A stretch of DNA of 63,737 bases, the filler included, from Octopus bimaculoides (lineage: Eukaryota): the NCBI RefSeq assembly GCF_001194135.2. It is 6 parts of 6 records of this genome, joined end to end, with 100 filler letters (N's around TTAATTAATTAA, not from the genome) between each part and the next. Parts side by side here need not be neighbours in the genome. Positions count along the whole stretch, not along the records: positions 54,669 to 63,737 come from NC_069007.1; 5 more parts are not named here. The stretch is one strand, 5' to 3'. The notes beneath the pieces were generated by a model that was not told the origin of the DNA, made no database searches, and saw nothing but the letters and a program-made list of their open reading frames with translations. This document shows, piece after piece, positions 62,797 to 63,737 of the stretch. Every line of letters begins with the position of its first letter. Positions within the stretch are counted from its first letter, which is position 1. Both the position numbers and the translations under genes were made by a program.

Positions 62797-63737
62797 NNNN
62801 NNNNNNNNNNNNNNNNNNNNNNNNNNNNNNNNNNNNNNNNNNNNNNNNNNNNNNNNNNNNNNNNNNNNNNNNNNNNNNNNNNNNNNNNNNNNNNNNNNNN
62901 NNNNNNNNNNNNNNNNNNNNNNNNNNNNNNNNNNNNACACACACACACATACACATACATACATTCACACACACACACATACGTACACACACATACATAC
63001 ATACATATATACATACACACACACATACATACATACATATAACATACATATATACATACACACACACATACACACACACACACATACACACACACATACA
63101 CACACACATACATACACACATACATACATACACACATACATTACGTACATACATCCTTGTTTGTCAAATCTTCGCGGCCATCAACCTTTAGTCATGTTAT
63201 GTTGAAAAATTAAAAACGAAACAAAAAAGAAAATATGTCGTTTTGTCTGAACATAAACGGGTTCGGTTCGACGTGTAAGTGTGTGTGTGTGTGTGTCGAC
63301 AGGTAAGTATGAATATGTGCTACATGTACATGTAGGTATGTGTACAGGTATCTAAGGTAGGTGAAGGTATGAATGCCGACGGTGTATCTGTATGTATGTA
63401 TGAATGTACGTATGTGTGTATGTATGTATGTATGTATGTGCATGTAGGTAGGTATGTATGCATGTGTATGTGTGCGTGTGTATGTATGTATGTACGTATG
63501 TATGTTTCTAGGTATATATGCATGTGTACCTGTGTGTGTGTATGTAGGTAGGTAGGTATATGTGTGTGTATGCATGTAGGTAGGTATACATGTGTGTATG
63601 TGTGCGTATGTATGTATGTAGGTAGGTATGTATATGTTTGTGTATGTATGCATGTGTGTGTATGTATGTGTGCGTATGTACGTATATGTTTGTGTATGTA
63701 TGCATGTATATATGTGTGTGTGTCTGTAAGTATGCAT

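Noticed and set aside
63153-63185. 33-nt minus-strand micro-exon (VDGREDLTNKD)
   Set aside because: The donor is the start of a (TATG)n tract, the acceptor is weak, and the phase does not join the candidate exon at 51509.

Overview
AT-rich animal genomic scaffold, saturated with microsatellites and N gaps. The repeat families and the TTAATTAATTAA gap linkers suggest a draft cephalopod (Octopus-like) assembly; this is inference, not a database match. No rRNA, CRISPR array, intact tRNA or intact long protein-coding gene was found. Nearly all ORFs in the supplied track are microsatellite or gap artefacts. The window is mostly transposable-element remains: two abundant tRNA-derived SINE families, an APE-RT LINE fossil (about 7.4-11.4 kb, -), R4/Dong-type LINE fossils (about 12.4-14.7 kb, + and 33.5-34.0 kb, -), a Helitron RepHel fossil (about 16.2-18.75 kb), mariner and Tc1 elements (one Tc1 with both TIRs at 46588-47795), and several Penelope-like element (PLE) fragments. 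The most notable signal is invisible to the ORF track: seven minimal type-I hammerhead-ribozyme (HHR) motifs from several unrelated PLE-end families. Five of them lie within 2.8 kb (24.9-27.7 kb), in inverted arrangements. They include very long stem II variants, core variants and a tRNA-like Pol III cassette in the same element family. A possible two-exon 3' end of an unidentified host gene lies on the minus strand at 50295-51509.
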